Positions 21,798 through 34,086 of a stretch of 64,000 bases of DNA are shown one piece after another. The translations under genes were made by a program, and so were the position numbers. The notes beneath the pieces were generated by a model. It did not search any database. It saw only the letters and a list, made by a program, of their open reading frames with translations, and was not told the DNA's origin. Within the stretch, counting starts at the first letter, position 1; each line of letters opens with the position of its first letter. This DNA is from Amphiscolops sp. MND2022. Lineage: Eukaryota. The stretch lies in the NCBI GenBank assembly GCA_964187785.1, contig OZ076409.1, positions 59,336,001 through 59,400,000 of the forward strand, written 5' to 3'.

Positions 21798-23918
21798 AAT
21801 TATATTCATCGTAAGCTTTTATAACAAAAAAATAAAGAAAGCTTATAGAGAAGAAAATCCCAATGAAATACGCTGAGCGTCTTGAAATAGAGCATGACAT
21901 GACTTTAGGAACTAAAACAGATTATGACTTTTAGTCAATTGGACCCAATTTTTCCATGGAATGGTTTTTTCTACCGGATATGAAAAAATTAAAATAATCC
22001 TTTCAACTGATCTTTTTAACGCATGCTCTATGATTGGTATTTTGCAGCCAACATTAGAGTAAATAAAGGTCTGTCGTTTTATGATGTTCTATTGAGATAG
22101 GAAGGTGTGATTGACGATGAAAGGAGTCATTTCCTGATTAAAGTGGCAAATTTGATCCGTTGATGACGGTCAATTGGTACATTGACTGTCACACGAAAAT
22201 TATTGTTTGACATTTGAGGGATTTAAAAGCACAAGGGTTTCACAAGGTCTGATAGGACACAAATTGAGTTTAATCATGATTCGAAAGTGCAAGTAAAAGT
22301 ATAGCGAATTATTTCAGGTACAACAATTTTTTCAAGGATAAACTTTAAAAGCAAAGACAAAATTTGTAGAATAGTAGAAACTCAATAGACTGTTGGTAAA
22401 CAACATTATATCTCCGTTGCTATTTTTAGTTTAATTACTAACAACTACTTAGCCTATACTCTAAAAGTTTACATCATAACAGTAACCTTACGACTAGAGT
22501 AAACATTGATTCTTATCTCTTTTCTCGAGCTTATCCTAGAAATACTTCAAAATTAAAAACAAATTTCTATTTGGGAAATGCACCTTGTTTAGATTTTTTT
22601 CTGAATCCTCAAACCTTGAAAACTCGTCGATATTCGAATGAAAAGCAACACTTTTACGCGAGTTGTTTTTCAAGGGCAGAAACTTGCCCGGTTGAAGATA
22701 AGAAAAGAATTTGGGGAAGTTCAGCTGAGGTTATGAATAGCACTGCTTTGGCATTAGTAGTTAAGCGTGTCAAGTAATGGTCATATCGTTCCGAGATATC
22801 CGAAAATTCTTTCAAAAAATTACCTCACAATAACTTGATAGTGTACATGTACGCAACAAAGACACGATAAGGAAGATAAAGTTTACTTTTCATTTTGTCG
22901 GAAGCCTGTATTCACTAAAGATCTTAAGTTTGAAGCTCGAAACATGCTTTAATAGCCATTTTTGAAACACTTAATAAATATTCTTGTCAACGATCATCTT
23001 TTTTGGCTACAAATCATCCATCTTAGACATTTTTGCACTTTTTTGTTTTCTCTGAATGCTATAAACTAATCTCGGTGTTTTTGTTGCAATCAAAAGCAAT
23101 AACATTTCTATGGAACGATTGACCGACACCGAATTAAAACTTCAAAGTAGTAGAAATTGATTTAATGAGTACAACCTAAGCTAAAACCAAATTATAAGCT
23201 GGGAAAATGACACTGAAAAAGCACGTCTAATTTCCTCTGAAACTATGAAATGCATATTATGAATGAAATAGTGTTAATTTGTGGATCGAAATACGAAGCT
23301 TAATCAATCAAAACCATGAATGGTTTGGCTAAAGTACTTTTAACTTTCTAATTACTTTCTCTGTAAATCGATCCAAGTATTTTGCTTGCCGGAATAGTTG
23401 AATTAATTTTCGGAAATTGTGTTTTGTTGAGGAAAAACTAAAACAGCTACACTTGCTAAGAAAAAACCTAATAATTATAGTCAAGTTAGTGCATATTTAT
23501 GACGTCACAGAAATACATTGAGAGCTATGGAATATGCTTTGTGGATATGATAACACAAATATGCGAAAATAAATAAGAAATTGGGTTTACTGCTTCTCAT
23601 ACACTTCTAGTGGTAAAGTAGTGTGGTCATTTCACATGACATGGGTTGGTGAGAAATTTCATATGAGCTCAAAAGGTCAAATTATACTTCAAAGAGTTCG
23701 CATTTACAAAAAGTTGTCCGGAGGTCAAAAGCCGAAGGGCCAGATGAAGAGGTCATAAATCATCTTGATATATGAATGTCTGCAGGTCAGGGGATTATGA
23801 TGAAAAATTAAGATTCAAAAGGTCACGGCAAAAGTTGTTGACCTTTGACAGGCTCAGAACAGTAAATTTCAGTGTTTTGAGTTGCTGCTTTCAGGGACGT
23901 GACCTTGACCTTCTGGTC

Positions 23919-24201
23919 CTACTTACACTTGAAGCAAGCGAACAATGGCATCTGATTGACCTCGTTTCTGAAGTAGGCGTTCATTGTGTAGTATATGAGG
24001 GGGTTGATCATGAAGTTGATACAGAACAAGGTCTGGCACATCGAGTGTAGAGTCTGGAACTTGTTGGCCCAGTCACGTGACTCAACGTGGAAAAAATCGA
24101 TGGCCTGCAAGATGATGTCAGGGATGGTTAGCAGCATGAAAGCACAGCTCACACTCACGAATAGCACTTTCAACTTCCTCTCATAATCAAGTTCGCGTAA
24201 C
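23919..24201 (-). CDS. Class A (rhodopsin-like) GPCR, exon encoding TM6, TM7 and helix 8
   Basis: ERKLKVLFVSVSCAFMLLTIPDII (TM6), TLFCINFMINPLIYYTMNAYFRNE (NPxxY plus helix-8 FR); acceptor TTTAACAG at 24202; phase 2 fits the upstream exon (TG+G = Trp). Confidence 0.9.
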
Positions 24202-24654
24202 CTGTTAAACAAACATACATGTATTTCGGATAAAAATATAAATCTGAAAAAATTATTTGCCCTAGTGATGTAGAGTTGAAAAGTAATATAAATGAAAATG
24301 ATTATTTAAATGCCCATTTGAATGGTCGCTTGAACTCTGCAACATTTAAAAACGCAGCCGATTGAAGAATCGGATTTATGAATGAATAATTACATTTGGT
24401 ATAAAATGGAAAAGTTTAGAACATTGGGCATTAAAAACGAATCGAATTGGTGTTACATTGGAAATCATTCAGTCATTAATATTAATGCCTAATTATTTTA
24501 ATCTCGAAATGAAACCTTTTTGATTTAAAAAAACTTATATGACGATGATATGCAAGGCAATTAGAAGGGATATATAAATGGTTTCTAAAAGCGTTTTGCA
24601 TCGGAAAAGAGGAAGTTTTAAAATGTTTTCAGAAAATGTCCAAATCACTTCGAC

Positions 24655-24952
24655 AAAAGGTTGAGTCTCGATTCTCTCCGTGGGTGTAGTATAGTGCCCA
24701 TTCACCAGTGCTATCCAACTACCACTCCGTGCGGAGACTTTTGCCTGCTGAGTTTCCCCCCTGGGCCGAGTCGCCTCTCATTATCCGACCTGCACATACC
24801 ACTTGCACACTACACCCATGTCGACATAGAGCTTAGTGTGGACACCAGGTCAACATGGGTCACCAAGCTACACTTGCCCACTGAGAGAATCGATCCTACA
24901 ACCTATGTCTCCCAAGCAGCTGGGATTACAGAATTGCGCCACCAATCCCGAC
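24655..24952 (-). ncRNA. 7SL: Signal recognition particle RNA (7SL), full length ~298 nt
   Basis: Minus strand: Alu domain GTCGGGATTGGTGGCGCAATTCTGTAATCCCAGCTGCTTGGGAG; GGTGTCCACACTAAG; helix-8 motif GGCCCAGG-GGG-GAAA-CTC-AGCAGG; GTGAAT near 3' end; long-range pairings TCGATTCTCTC/GAGAGAATCGA and ACCCATGTTGAC/GTCGACATGGGT; ends in TTTT (Pol III terminator). Confidence 0.93.
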
Positions 24953-27518
24953 ACACGTGGTGATATATCTCCAAGGAACAATACGTTACATGAAAATCAG
25001 ACATATCTTTTTGCAAATGTCACTAAATTGAAATTCACAACTCTCAGTTCTAGGTGACCTGCAAAAAACTCGACATGTCAAATTTCGTCAGTTTGAAAAC
25101 GTAAACATTTGTCAAAAACATGTTACGAGCACTTTGAATTTCAATTTGTCGCGTGGCAATCATTCAGAACAACATTATCTGTTTCAGGACAAAATCAGAC
25201 AGATTTGGCTGGTAAATTGAACCAAAATCAAGAACTCGCAATAAGAAACGCACTTTTTTGATCACAGGCAGTTTGAAAACGCCTTTTGCATTTTTTGATT
25301 GACAGCCCAGTTCAGTACCACATACGCTTTGTGATGTTTGGTCTACCTATATCTGGTCTTTCAATTCGAGCAAAAATTAATTAGTGTACGGTTTTTTTTC
25401 GGGTCATCATGCAGTATGTGTTCCCGAAAAAGCGCTACGCGTAAAAAAGTTTTGGTCTCAAAATCTCGTTGTCTGTCAAGCAACTGAAAGACGGAGAGCA
25501 ACTGAAAAACAATCCCGACAATTTGCAACGTTGAGATTCAAAGTGCATACCATCGAAAAGTGCTAAACATTAGTTTATTGTGAGTCCGCATTCGCTAGAT
25601 TTTTGAATGTCAGACAAATATATCGTTTTCAAGAGAAAAGGACAATAAACATAGAATTAGATATTTGAAACGGCCTATAAGTATAAACTTAAAACAGTGA
25701 GTGACATTTGTTGACAAAACTTTATACTTTTGTGAGCTTGCAAGTCTAAACATAGATCCAACATTTTCAAGTTGGCGGATATTTCGAGTCAACGTAAACA
25801 TCAACTAGAAGTTTCATACTTGAGATCATTAGTTAGAAGCTCTTTTTGTAAACACGAAAGCGGAGTGACTGTCAAGTCGAAATTCAGCCCGTCACCAGGG
25901 GATATTTTCGAACATACATGCGTCACACAATATTGAATGCAGGATTTGAAAATAATTTTCACCTTTTCTGTTCATTGAACCTATTTTTACAAGCGTTCAT
26001 TGAACTTTGACAGCTGCAACTTCAAGTTTAAGACCTCCTAACGTAGCGCTTGTAAAATTAGAAATTTTCATTAATGCAAAATTTGATCGCATGGTGTACT
26101 TATAAGTATTGAACTTCCGCTAGAATATTCAGCTAGAATCTTTCCGCAAGTAAGCTATGTAAACTCTATTCTCATTAATCAGAGTAGTCTTCCAAATTCT
26201 TCTCACATATTCGTCTCTTGAAAAAGTTTTAAAACTAATAAACCGTTGTCTGTAGTATTCAATTGAATACTGCCGATTCCTAAATATTGTTGGAATCAAA
26301 GGTCGCGATAGCGTTCTTCGCAGTTACGCGCAATTTTCCGCAACTCTTTTCTGATTCAATGAGAAGAGCTTTTCAATTGAATCCCAGCCTTTGGAAATAA
26401 TATTATAATTATATCATATATTATAATTATAATAAAGCCTTTGGAAAAAATATATCATCGATTAAAACTTGGCCGTAAGGAAATAAATTGCCGTTCGAAA
26501 GCTTCGTATAAAAGCCGTCTAGACGACGAGGAAGCTTAAGCACGTGACTAGTAAACGTGAGGAAATCCACATGCAACTAGTAAAATTAAAAAAGAAACAG
26601 TTATCAGTCCTATGAAGTTCCTCTTGAAGTTAACTTTTAACCCCACTTGAGTGCTATATAACCCCATTTAATGCTACATTTATTGGAATAAAAACGAAAT
26701 TACCAAATTGTATAAGAGCACGTATCATGGAAACGAGATGAGATAAGTATCATTTATCAAACTCAATCATTTTTCACAGCAAAACACATTGTATGAAACG
26801 ACCGTCCTTATCTCCCTTCCAGATGGGCTTTCTTCGAACAAGCAGCTGAAAAAGTAGACGGCGAAGATTTTCATGATCGTGGCCAAAAACGTTTTAAGAA
26901 TTGTTGCGTTTTTTACACCCTAAGGTGATCGACATACATCATGGATAGGGTTGCGTAATCAGTTTTGTTAATTGTGAGGAAAATGGAAATTTTAATTTGG
27001 TGAAGTTTTTAATGTCATTTGCTTTCATGCTATCCGGCAATCAACATTTTTAAGCGAAAGAGAAGAAAACAAGTGAAAACCTATTGCCATCTTGATTTTA
27101 CTTTTTGTAGCTGGAAACCCTGTATGTCAGAACTGAGGATAGTTACGTTTAAAGATCTTTGTCAACACTTTACTTTGTTTTCCGCAAAATTATTTGAAAG
27201 TTTTGTTATGCGGGTTTTGAGAGAAATGGGAAAAAACTGTTTTTTGTCATCCAACTTTGTCAGCCTAATAATATCTTTGAACTGGAGGCAGTTCCAGTAA
27301 CACACAAGCTCCGGATGCCAGAAAATTAGGCTTCTTTTCAGCCAAAAACCTTATATTTCTGAGCTGAGTGTCGACACGTTGGAAATTGTTTGTTCTGGTG
27401 AAATTAAACTTAACCGTTTTTAAAAGCAAGATTTAAAATATTGAAAATGTTTTGTTTCCTTAAACAAAATGCTCCAAAAATTCTGTTTTTTTTTCAATTT
27501 TTTGGCTGGTTAATACAG

Positions 27519-27821
27519 AACGAGCCGGGAACGGCCCAAGTCGGCGTCATATCTAAGGCTCAAAAATAGCAAAAGGACTTCAAAGTGTCAAGTATTCTCT
27601 TCTACAGTACCCGCATGAGAAAATTTCTGAAATTTTTCTCAATTTTTTTTGGTCTCCGGTAAGTCACATAGTGCCGAAAAATGTAAAAGGGGACCTCAAA
27701 AAGCCTAATTATCCTCTTTCTCAAGTGCCAATAGAAGTAGTAAGTAAAATCTGTCACTTCGTTGGTCTCAAAAAAAAGAAAAGTCACTGCTATAGTCTGC
27801 GTTTTCTACGATAAGCTAAAA
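27519..27821 (-). mobile_element. HINE/DINE-1-like element, internally deleted
   Basis: AACGAGCCGGGAACGGCCCAAGTCGGCGTCATATCTAAGGCTCAAAA terminus; interior matches 6264-6782 in reverse complement. Confidence 0.7.
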
Positions 27822-28169
27822 ATTCGGATTGGTAAGTTTATTCAAAAGAGCCAAAACTGTTGGAAAACTGGTGTTTTCTGAGAAAGAGCTTGTATTTTGA
27901 TGTTAAAAGTTCCGCTAAAAGTAATCTGTTTGATCACGTATTGTATGAGGCCAGAGGTTCACTGCTTCCATATTTTGTTCCAGAAAAAAAACTCAAGTCT
28001 AAGTTTTGGTGATATTTTCAGTTGAGAAGATTTTTTTAAATATTGAAAGTCCCCCTTCAAAATGACCTGATGTAATAGTGTACGAAAATGCTGGCAAAGC
28101 CACTTGTTCACTTGAAGCTTCAGAAAGATCACGTGTGTATACAAGTGACATTTTGTATAGTGAATAAAC

Positions 28170-28720
28170 ACAGGGTGACAAATGAAAGAGACGTTTTCTA
28201 AAACGTTTCCGTACTTAGGAAATTATAACAGGTTCAAATTTCGGGTTTTTCACATGAGAATGACAATTGATCACTTATTATTTTCCGACCCCACATTTTA
28301 TAAATGGGGGAGGAAAATCATGATCTATGACGCGTTTTTTTCCAAATTTTGCCAAAACTCCACTTGCCTGACTATCAAGTAAGTAAAATAGCTAGCTTAG
28401 AGAGGGAATAATATTTAAAGACAAAAAAAGGAATAAGATCTAAAGGGAATAAGATCTAAAATTTCAGGACCTTATAAACCCAGACACCAGACACTCCGAT
28501 TACTTTTGTTTGAATGGGTTGAATTGTAACTGTTTTCATTTTGATTGTTAGGTTCATGGTCCAACAAACTTGTTTTCATCCGAGAATGAGAGAATTGGTA
28601 ACAATGTATTTGGTTGATTTGGGAACCATAAGCAAAAATCATGTCGCTTTTTGAGCATTTTTATCAGAGGTTTTTATACTCTTTAGTTGATACCTAAGAT
28701 GAAAACAGCTTGAAACAGCC
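28170..28720 (-). mobile_element. Possible decayed Tc1/mariner remnant
   Basis: CAGGGTG terminus at 28170 and minus-strand traces FSDENKF and NNQN resembling the first-Asp region of mariner/maT transposases; heavily decayed, right boundary uncertain. Confidence 0.35.
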
Positions 28721-29699
28721 ATGGCAAACTTGAGTTTAAGAACTAAAAATTTCAAGTCACCGTGAAGAAACTAGAGGCAAAAAAACTGTGGAAGAATTGG
28801 TTCATCATACTCATTCGTTATATGGCGAGCTTCGATTAAGCTTCATTCGAAAGGAAACTGACTGGAATATTAAGAAACGGCTCTTTAAATTCCGATCAAA
28901 TTTCTCTCCTAGAAACACTGTCATAGGATTCGGCTCAACCTGGATCTAAAGGTAGTTAACTTCAGGAGACCATTAAGAAAGAAATTGAGTTGAAACTATT
29001 TGGTGAGAGATTCTTTTGGAACTCTACAATCATGCATTATTTGCCACTTTTGCCGATCATTTCTCAATAACAGTCATTCTCGAACGGCATTTTGATGAAG
29101 AAAAAATAGTAGAAATTTTCCCAGTTTTGGAGCTAAAGTTTACTTTGCTTTTCTTCATATTCTTTGCTTAATTCTGAAATCTCTCTTCGAGAATGATTTT
29201 GAGAATGATGTCCGCTAGGGCCGTTATCCGCTTTGATTAGTCCTCTCCGGTTGAAAACTTTCCAGTGCACCTCTGGTAATAGCTTTTTTGTATCACTCAG
29301 TTACTGTTTGACGAGTTCAAATAGCAAAAAATTCACGAAGCATACGTCTGAAAGCATCGACATAATAAATTCACTTCCCATGTCGAAATTTTGCGTGTGT
29401 TCGAAGACGGTGTACGTCTCATCGGAATGATTTTGCAATATGTATAAATGCATTATACTGTGGTGTTCGTTGATCGTTACGTGGAGGTGTTTTACTAACA
29501 AGTTGGCACATGTCATTCTTTAATTTTCTGTCCATATTTCATATGGGGAAAGAATATTTGAATCAGCCGCAAACTTTGAACAAAACTTGTCAAACAAACA
29601 AATTTTCAAACAAAACTTGTCATGTTCCAAATTTATATCCAAATTGAAGGGTGTCTGATATGTATGAAGGGTATTGGTATGTATGATATGTATTTGCAG

Positions 29700-31050
29700 A
29701 GATTACAACAAAAAAACAAAAATTGCAAGTTTGTGGCATTTTTACCGTTTTTATGCAGTTTTTGATACACTTGATGCCTTAAAATGTTGCAACGTTCAAT
29801 AATAAGGTGTTATATTGGAAGAATGTCTTAAATTACCACGACATTGACCAAAAAAATCTAAAAAAACTCCATGTTTTTACGTTTTTATGCAATTTTTGCC
29901 AAATTTTCATAAGACTTTGTGACTTGGAAGGTTAAAACTTCAACAAAGAAAGAATTCGTTGTACAGGAGGCCTTACGGAAGAGATGAATGAGGTTATTCA
30001 AAAAAGTAGGCCATTACAAAGTTCTCAGTTTTTGTACAAATTCAATTGTTAGAAGAATGAAAACATTCAATGGCAAACAAACGCGTTATAGAGTAGGCTT
30101 CTTGGAAGTCAATTGCAGTATCATGTTGGAAAAGAGTTTCGAAATGACACCAAAAGCGGCAAAGTCCAATTCTTTTTTCAATTTTTCAAAATTTGAAGCA
30201 CTTTTTGTGAACTTTAGAAACATTTCGTGGCTTAGAACTTGGAAATTTTTCAATACCAGTTGAAATGAATGTCAAGTAAGTGTTTTGAAAAAATAAATAC
30301 GCGTGAAATTGAATATGCCTCAATTTGACTTCTAAAATTGACCTCAATTTGTCACTTTCAAGCTGTTTATGTAGTTTTGATGATTATTGTGTTCTACATT
30401 GTTCGAAAACTTTCACGTCGAACAAGCAAGTTATGCAGTATTCTTTTTGAAGGAAAGTTGCAGTTAATTGCATCAAAGACTCTTCAGAATAAACCCAATG
30501 TGTCGGAAGATAGAAAATTTCAAGATTTTCTCTAATTTTATGCAACCTTCGTAAAGTTTATGAAACATTTCGAAGGTTACAATGTTCAAATGTTCTGCAA
30601 TGATTGCAACTGATATCGATTCGGCTTTTTTGAAGAGATGATTTTAATTTTTTTGTTTGGAAAAAGCATCAAATTGACCCAAAAATAGTTGAACCTTTTA
30701 AAAGTTTCTAACTTCGGACAATTGCAATAACTGTTTGTGGAATCTTTAGTGCGATTGACGGTTCCAAAAGCTGCCTACGATTCGTGAAGCTATGCATCGA
30801 GCCCTCAAAGGAAAACTTTGTAGTTTTCTTGGTGAAATAATATCTCAAAGGACCCAAAAATGTCAAAAACCAACAAATTTGCGGAATATAAAATTTTTCA
30901 TGGGAATTTTTTAAAGTTTCGGAGAATTTCGTTTTTCCGAAGAATCAAGTCTTATAACAGCAAACAAACACGTTCACAGTCGGCTTTTTGAAAGGCAATT
31001 GCTAATTCACTTTGATAAAAGCCTCAAAATGAAAAAAAATCACCGGAAAA
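29700..31050. repeat. Second, more diverged ~180-bp tandem array related to 14382-18300
   Basis: TGACNCNAAAA-like starts near 29844, 30143, 30325, 30489, 30674, 30850, 31028 with the same submotifs; boundaries approximate. Confidence 0.55.
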
Positions 31051-31957
31051 AACAATATTTCCATATTTGCTATCCTGCTTGTCAATGGGCGTCTTGTTTT
31101 ATAATTCCAAAGAAAACAAAAATGGTTAGACATGAAACCTAACAGAAAAGAAAACATGAAGCCAAACGTGGATTTCGTTTTGGCTGCATAAACTCAAAAC
31201 TTGTCTTAGAGCACTAAGGAACTGAAATATCTTCCGAGAACCAATAGCTACCAACTAATAGGCGTTGAAGTCAAATTTGCGCTTTTTCAGCAAAGCTGCA
31301 TTGATTTGTTTGCATGATCACTGAAATATTCCAGGTTTTTAATTAAAATCTTGGAAATGTTTGGAAAAGCATATATGTTCAATTTAAAAAGACTCAATCC
31401 GTTTTTGCAGGAGGTGATGCATAAAATTAACGTGAGCGTTTTAAGAGTTCAAATTAGCGAAAAGTCATTATTTCAAAAGACAAAACGAACAAGACCGCAA
31501 AATTTACAGCTTAGAAATTCCTTGCTAATTATTTCCGGTATTTGGGAATACATTTCTCTCCTCTGAAAAGAAATACAGATTTGATTAGAGAACTTACTTT
31601 GTCCTGAATGAGACAAGGTTTCCAACAAGCAAAAATTTGATGTAATTTCAGGATTAGCTTGCATTAGGAAGGAATTTTCGATAAAATTAGAAGGAAAAAA
31701 AGAAAAACTAAGCATCGAATTGTGGATGAAAAAGATGAAGTCCGTAGTTGAAAAATGCTTCTGCAGATGATTCAACTAATCAAATGTTTATCAACTAATT
31801 TGAATAGAACAAAAATTATTTCTATTAAACGCTACAGAACATTTTTTATCTAATCTTCCGTTTGAGATGTGAATTTGCAACAGTGAATGTCGAATTAGAT
31901 TGGCATTCTAGACTCGAGATTTCATGCCATCGGATATATGGCATATGAAATAGACCG

Positions 31958-32365
31958 ATAACGGCATATGTTGGGCCCGCTTAAGGCTCAAAACGGGCAA
32001 AAGTACTTTAAAGCATCAATGAATCGTTTTTGAAAAATTGTCTCACAGTGTCGAAAAAATCCCAAAGATCCCAAAGATAATTGGGCTTGAAAGGCCTTTT
32101 TCATACTGAAAGTGTCACAAAACTACTTTGAAAACCTTTTTGTGAAATGAAGTTCCCTTAAAAAGTAGCATATAGCCCTCAAATCTCTTCAAATAACTTC
32201 AACAGAATAGTCAAAATATGAAAAGGAGGACATTTCCGACCAATTTGCCAATATTTTAACCTTTTGTGGAATTTTGTGGAACGTTTGCGAAACTGGACAG
32301 TTCGACCAGATTGGAAAAAACACGACAAAAATCCACTATAAGTTTTTGGAAGGGCCGACTAAAAA
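31958..32365 (-). mobile_element. Diverged HINE/DINE-1-like element
   Basis: TAAGGCTCAAAA motif near the left end and GGCCGACTAAAAA at the right end. Confidence 0.5.
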
Positions 32366-33537
32366 GAGTTAAAACTATGTTTTTTTTATCACATAGAGAT
32401 GCGCAGAGGAGCGCAAACCGATAGTATTGAAGCTTTGTTTCCTGTTATTTGAAAACTCCTCACTCTCAATTCTTTAACATAGAAAAAGAGGGAGCAAAAG
32501 AAATGAGACGGGAATTTAAATTGGTGCCCATATTAAGACTGAAAACGCTGAACATCTTTTTAATATGCTGAAGAGCCGTTATTATGAAAGTTCTGAAAAA
32601 TCACTCAGCTCCAAAAATATTCATTTGGATTTACAAAAAGGATTGCTTTCAACCTGAATCAAAAATACCAGCCCCTTTTAGTGAATTTTTTAAAAATGTT
32701 AAATTTAAATCAGACGGGGCCAAAAATTCAGAGGGGGACCTTTTGGGCTTCTAAGCTTTGTCAATCAAAGGGGTTATCTGCACACTTTAGAAAGCTGTCT
32801 GATTTATTGTAAAATCTCAGTTCCCGAGGTCGACACCACAATTACAGTTCTTCACATATTTTTAGAAAAAAAGGTTCCTCCAAACAGACGTCATATACAC
32901 TAGGGTACCACAAAACTAGAAACACTCGATTTCGCTCGCAAATAAACGTCTAATCGCAATAAGATTTCAATATTCAATTGACAGAAAATCCCAGAAGCAA
33001 AAGTTTCTCACGTTTTAATACGAAATTAAGGGGTAATTTTTGTTTCTGAAAGAAATCACACGAAAGTTACAAAATTTTTCAAGCTTTTTTACTTTTGTCA
33101 TTTTCTTAAATGTATCATGCAATATCTCGAAAACCGTTAATATTATCGAAAAGCCCAAAAACTAGCTAAAGTTCCAAAAAAGGTCCTTTTAGGTTAGTTC
33201 TACTTTCTTTTGCATATTTTGCTTATGCTTCCGCATTTTTTGGAGTGATTATCAAAACAAAAATTTTGACTTCTTAGTATACTGACGTGGGGAAAACTTT
33301 TCGTTTTGTTTAAATAAAAGAATTACGTAAAATAAATCAGAAGCTTCCAAAATTTTCAATTTTCTCACAATGAATACCCACAAAAATGAAACATGACATG
33401 TTTGTATTTTAAACATCTTTTCGGACAATGAAATAATAAGCTTTTTTGAACCAAAATAACAACTTTTCGAGTCTTTTCATGATGTTCTTGGACAACTATT
33501 GGATGTTTGCGTTGGTGTGAATATCCAGATGATTTAA

Positions 33538-34086
33538 AACAAGTCGAGAACGGCCATAGTGAAAGGGGCCATATACCCCTATATCTAAGGCTCAAAATTG
33601 TGAAAGGGGGGACCCTTCGGGCTTTGTGAAACTCCAGCTGGTTGCCAAATATGAAAAAAATTGAAGGGGGTACCCTTTGGTGACTTTAAAAAATTTCCCA
33701 AAAAATTTTTGAAAAAAGTGATTTTTGAACATTGTCACAGTGCCTAAAAATGTAAAAGGGGGGACCCTTTGGGATTTTTTGACATCCATTGTGTAGCAAA
33801 ATACCGAAACAAATGAAGGGGGGACCCTTTGGTGCAATCCAAAAAAAGCCGCATAGTATCGAAAAAAAGTGGGGCTAAGGTGGGATCCTTAGTGTGTTTT
33901 CGAGGTTCTGGACGTGTTTTGTTTTTTTTTCTTTTCGTTTTGGACGCGCTTTTGAGGTTCGAGTGTTTTGAACCTCCATAGTTCAAGTTGTTGAACAAAT
34001 GAACAAAAAAGTGGACCTTACGCGTCTAAAAAAACTACCCACTGTAAGAGTCGGGCACATTTTCTACTAAAATGCGCCGGCTAAAA
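33538..34086 (-). mobile_element. HINE/DINE-1-like element, same variant as 18980-19547
   Basis: Same TAGTGAAAGGGGCCATATACCCC replacement; ends AAATGCGCCGGCTAAAA. Confidence 0.85.

Noticed and set aside
24661..25057. Plus-strand ORFs of 100 and 73 aa
   Set aside because: They are largely the antisense of the SRP RNA.
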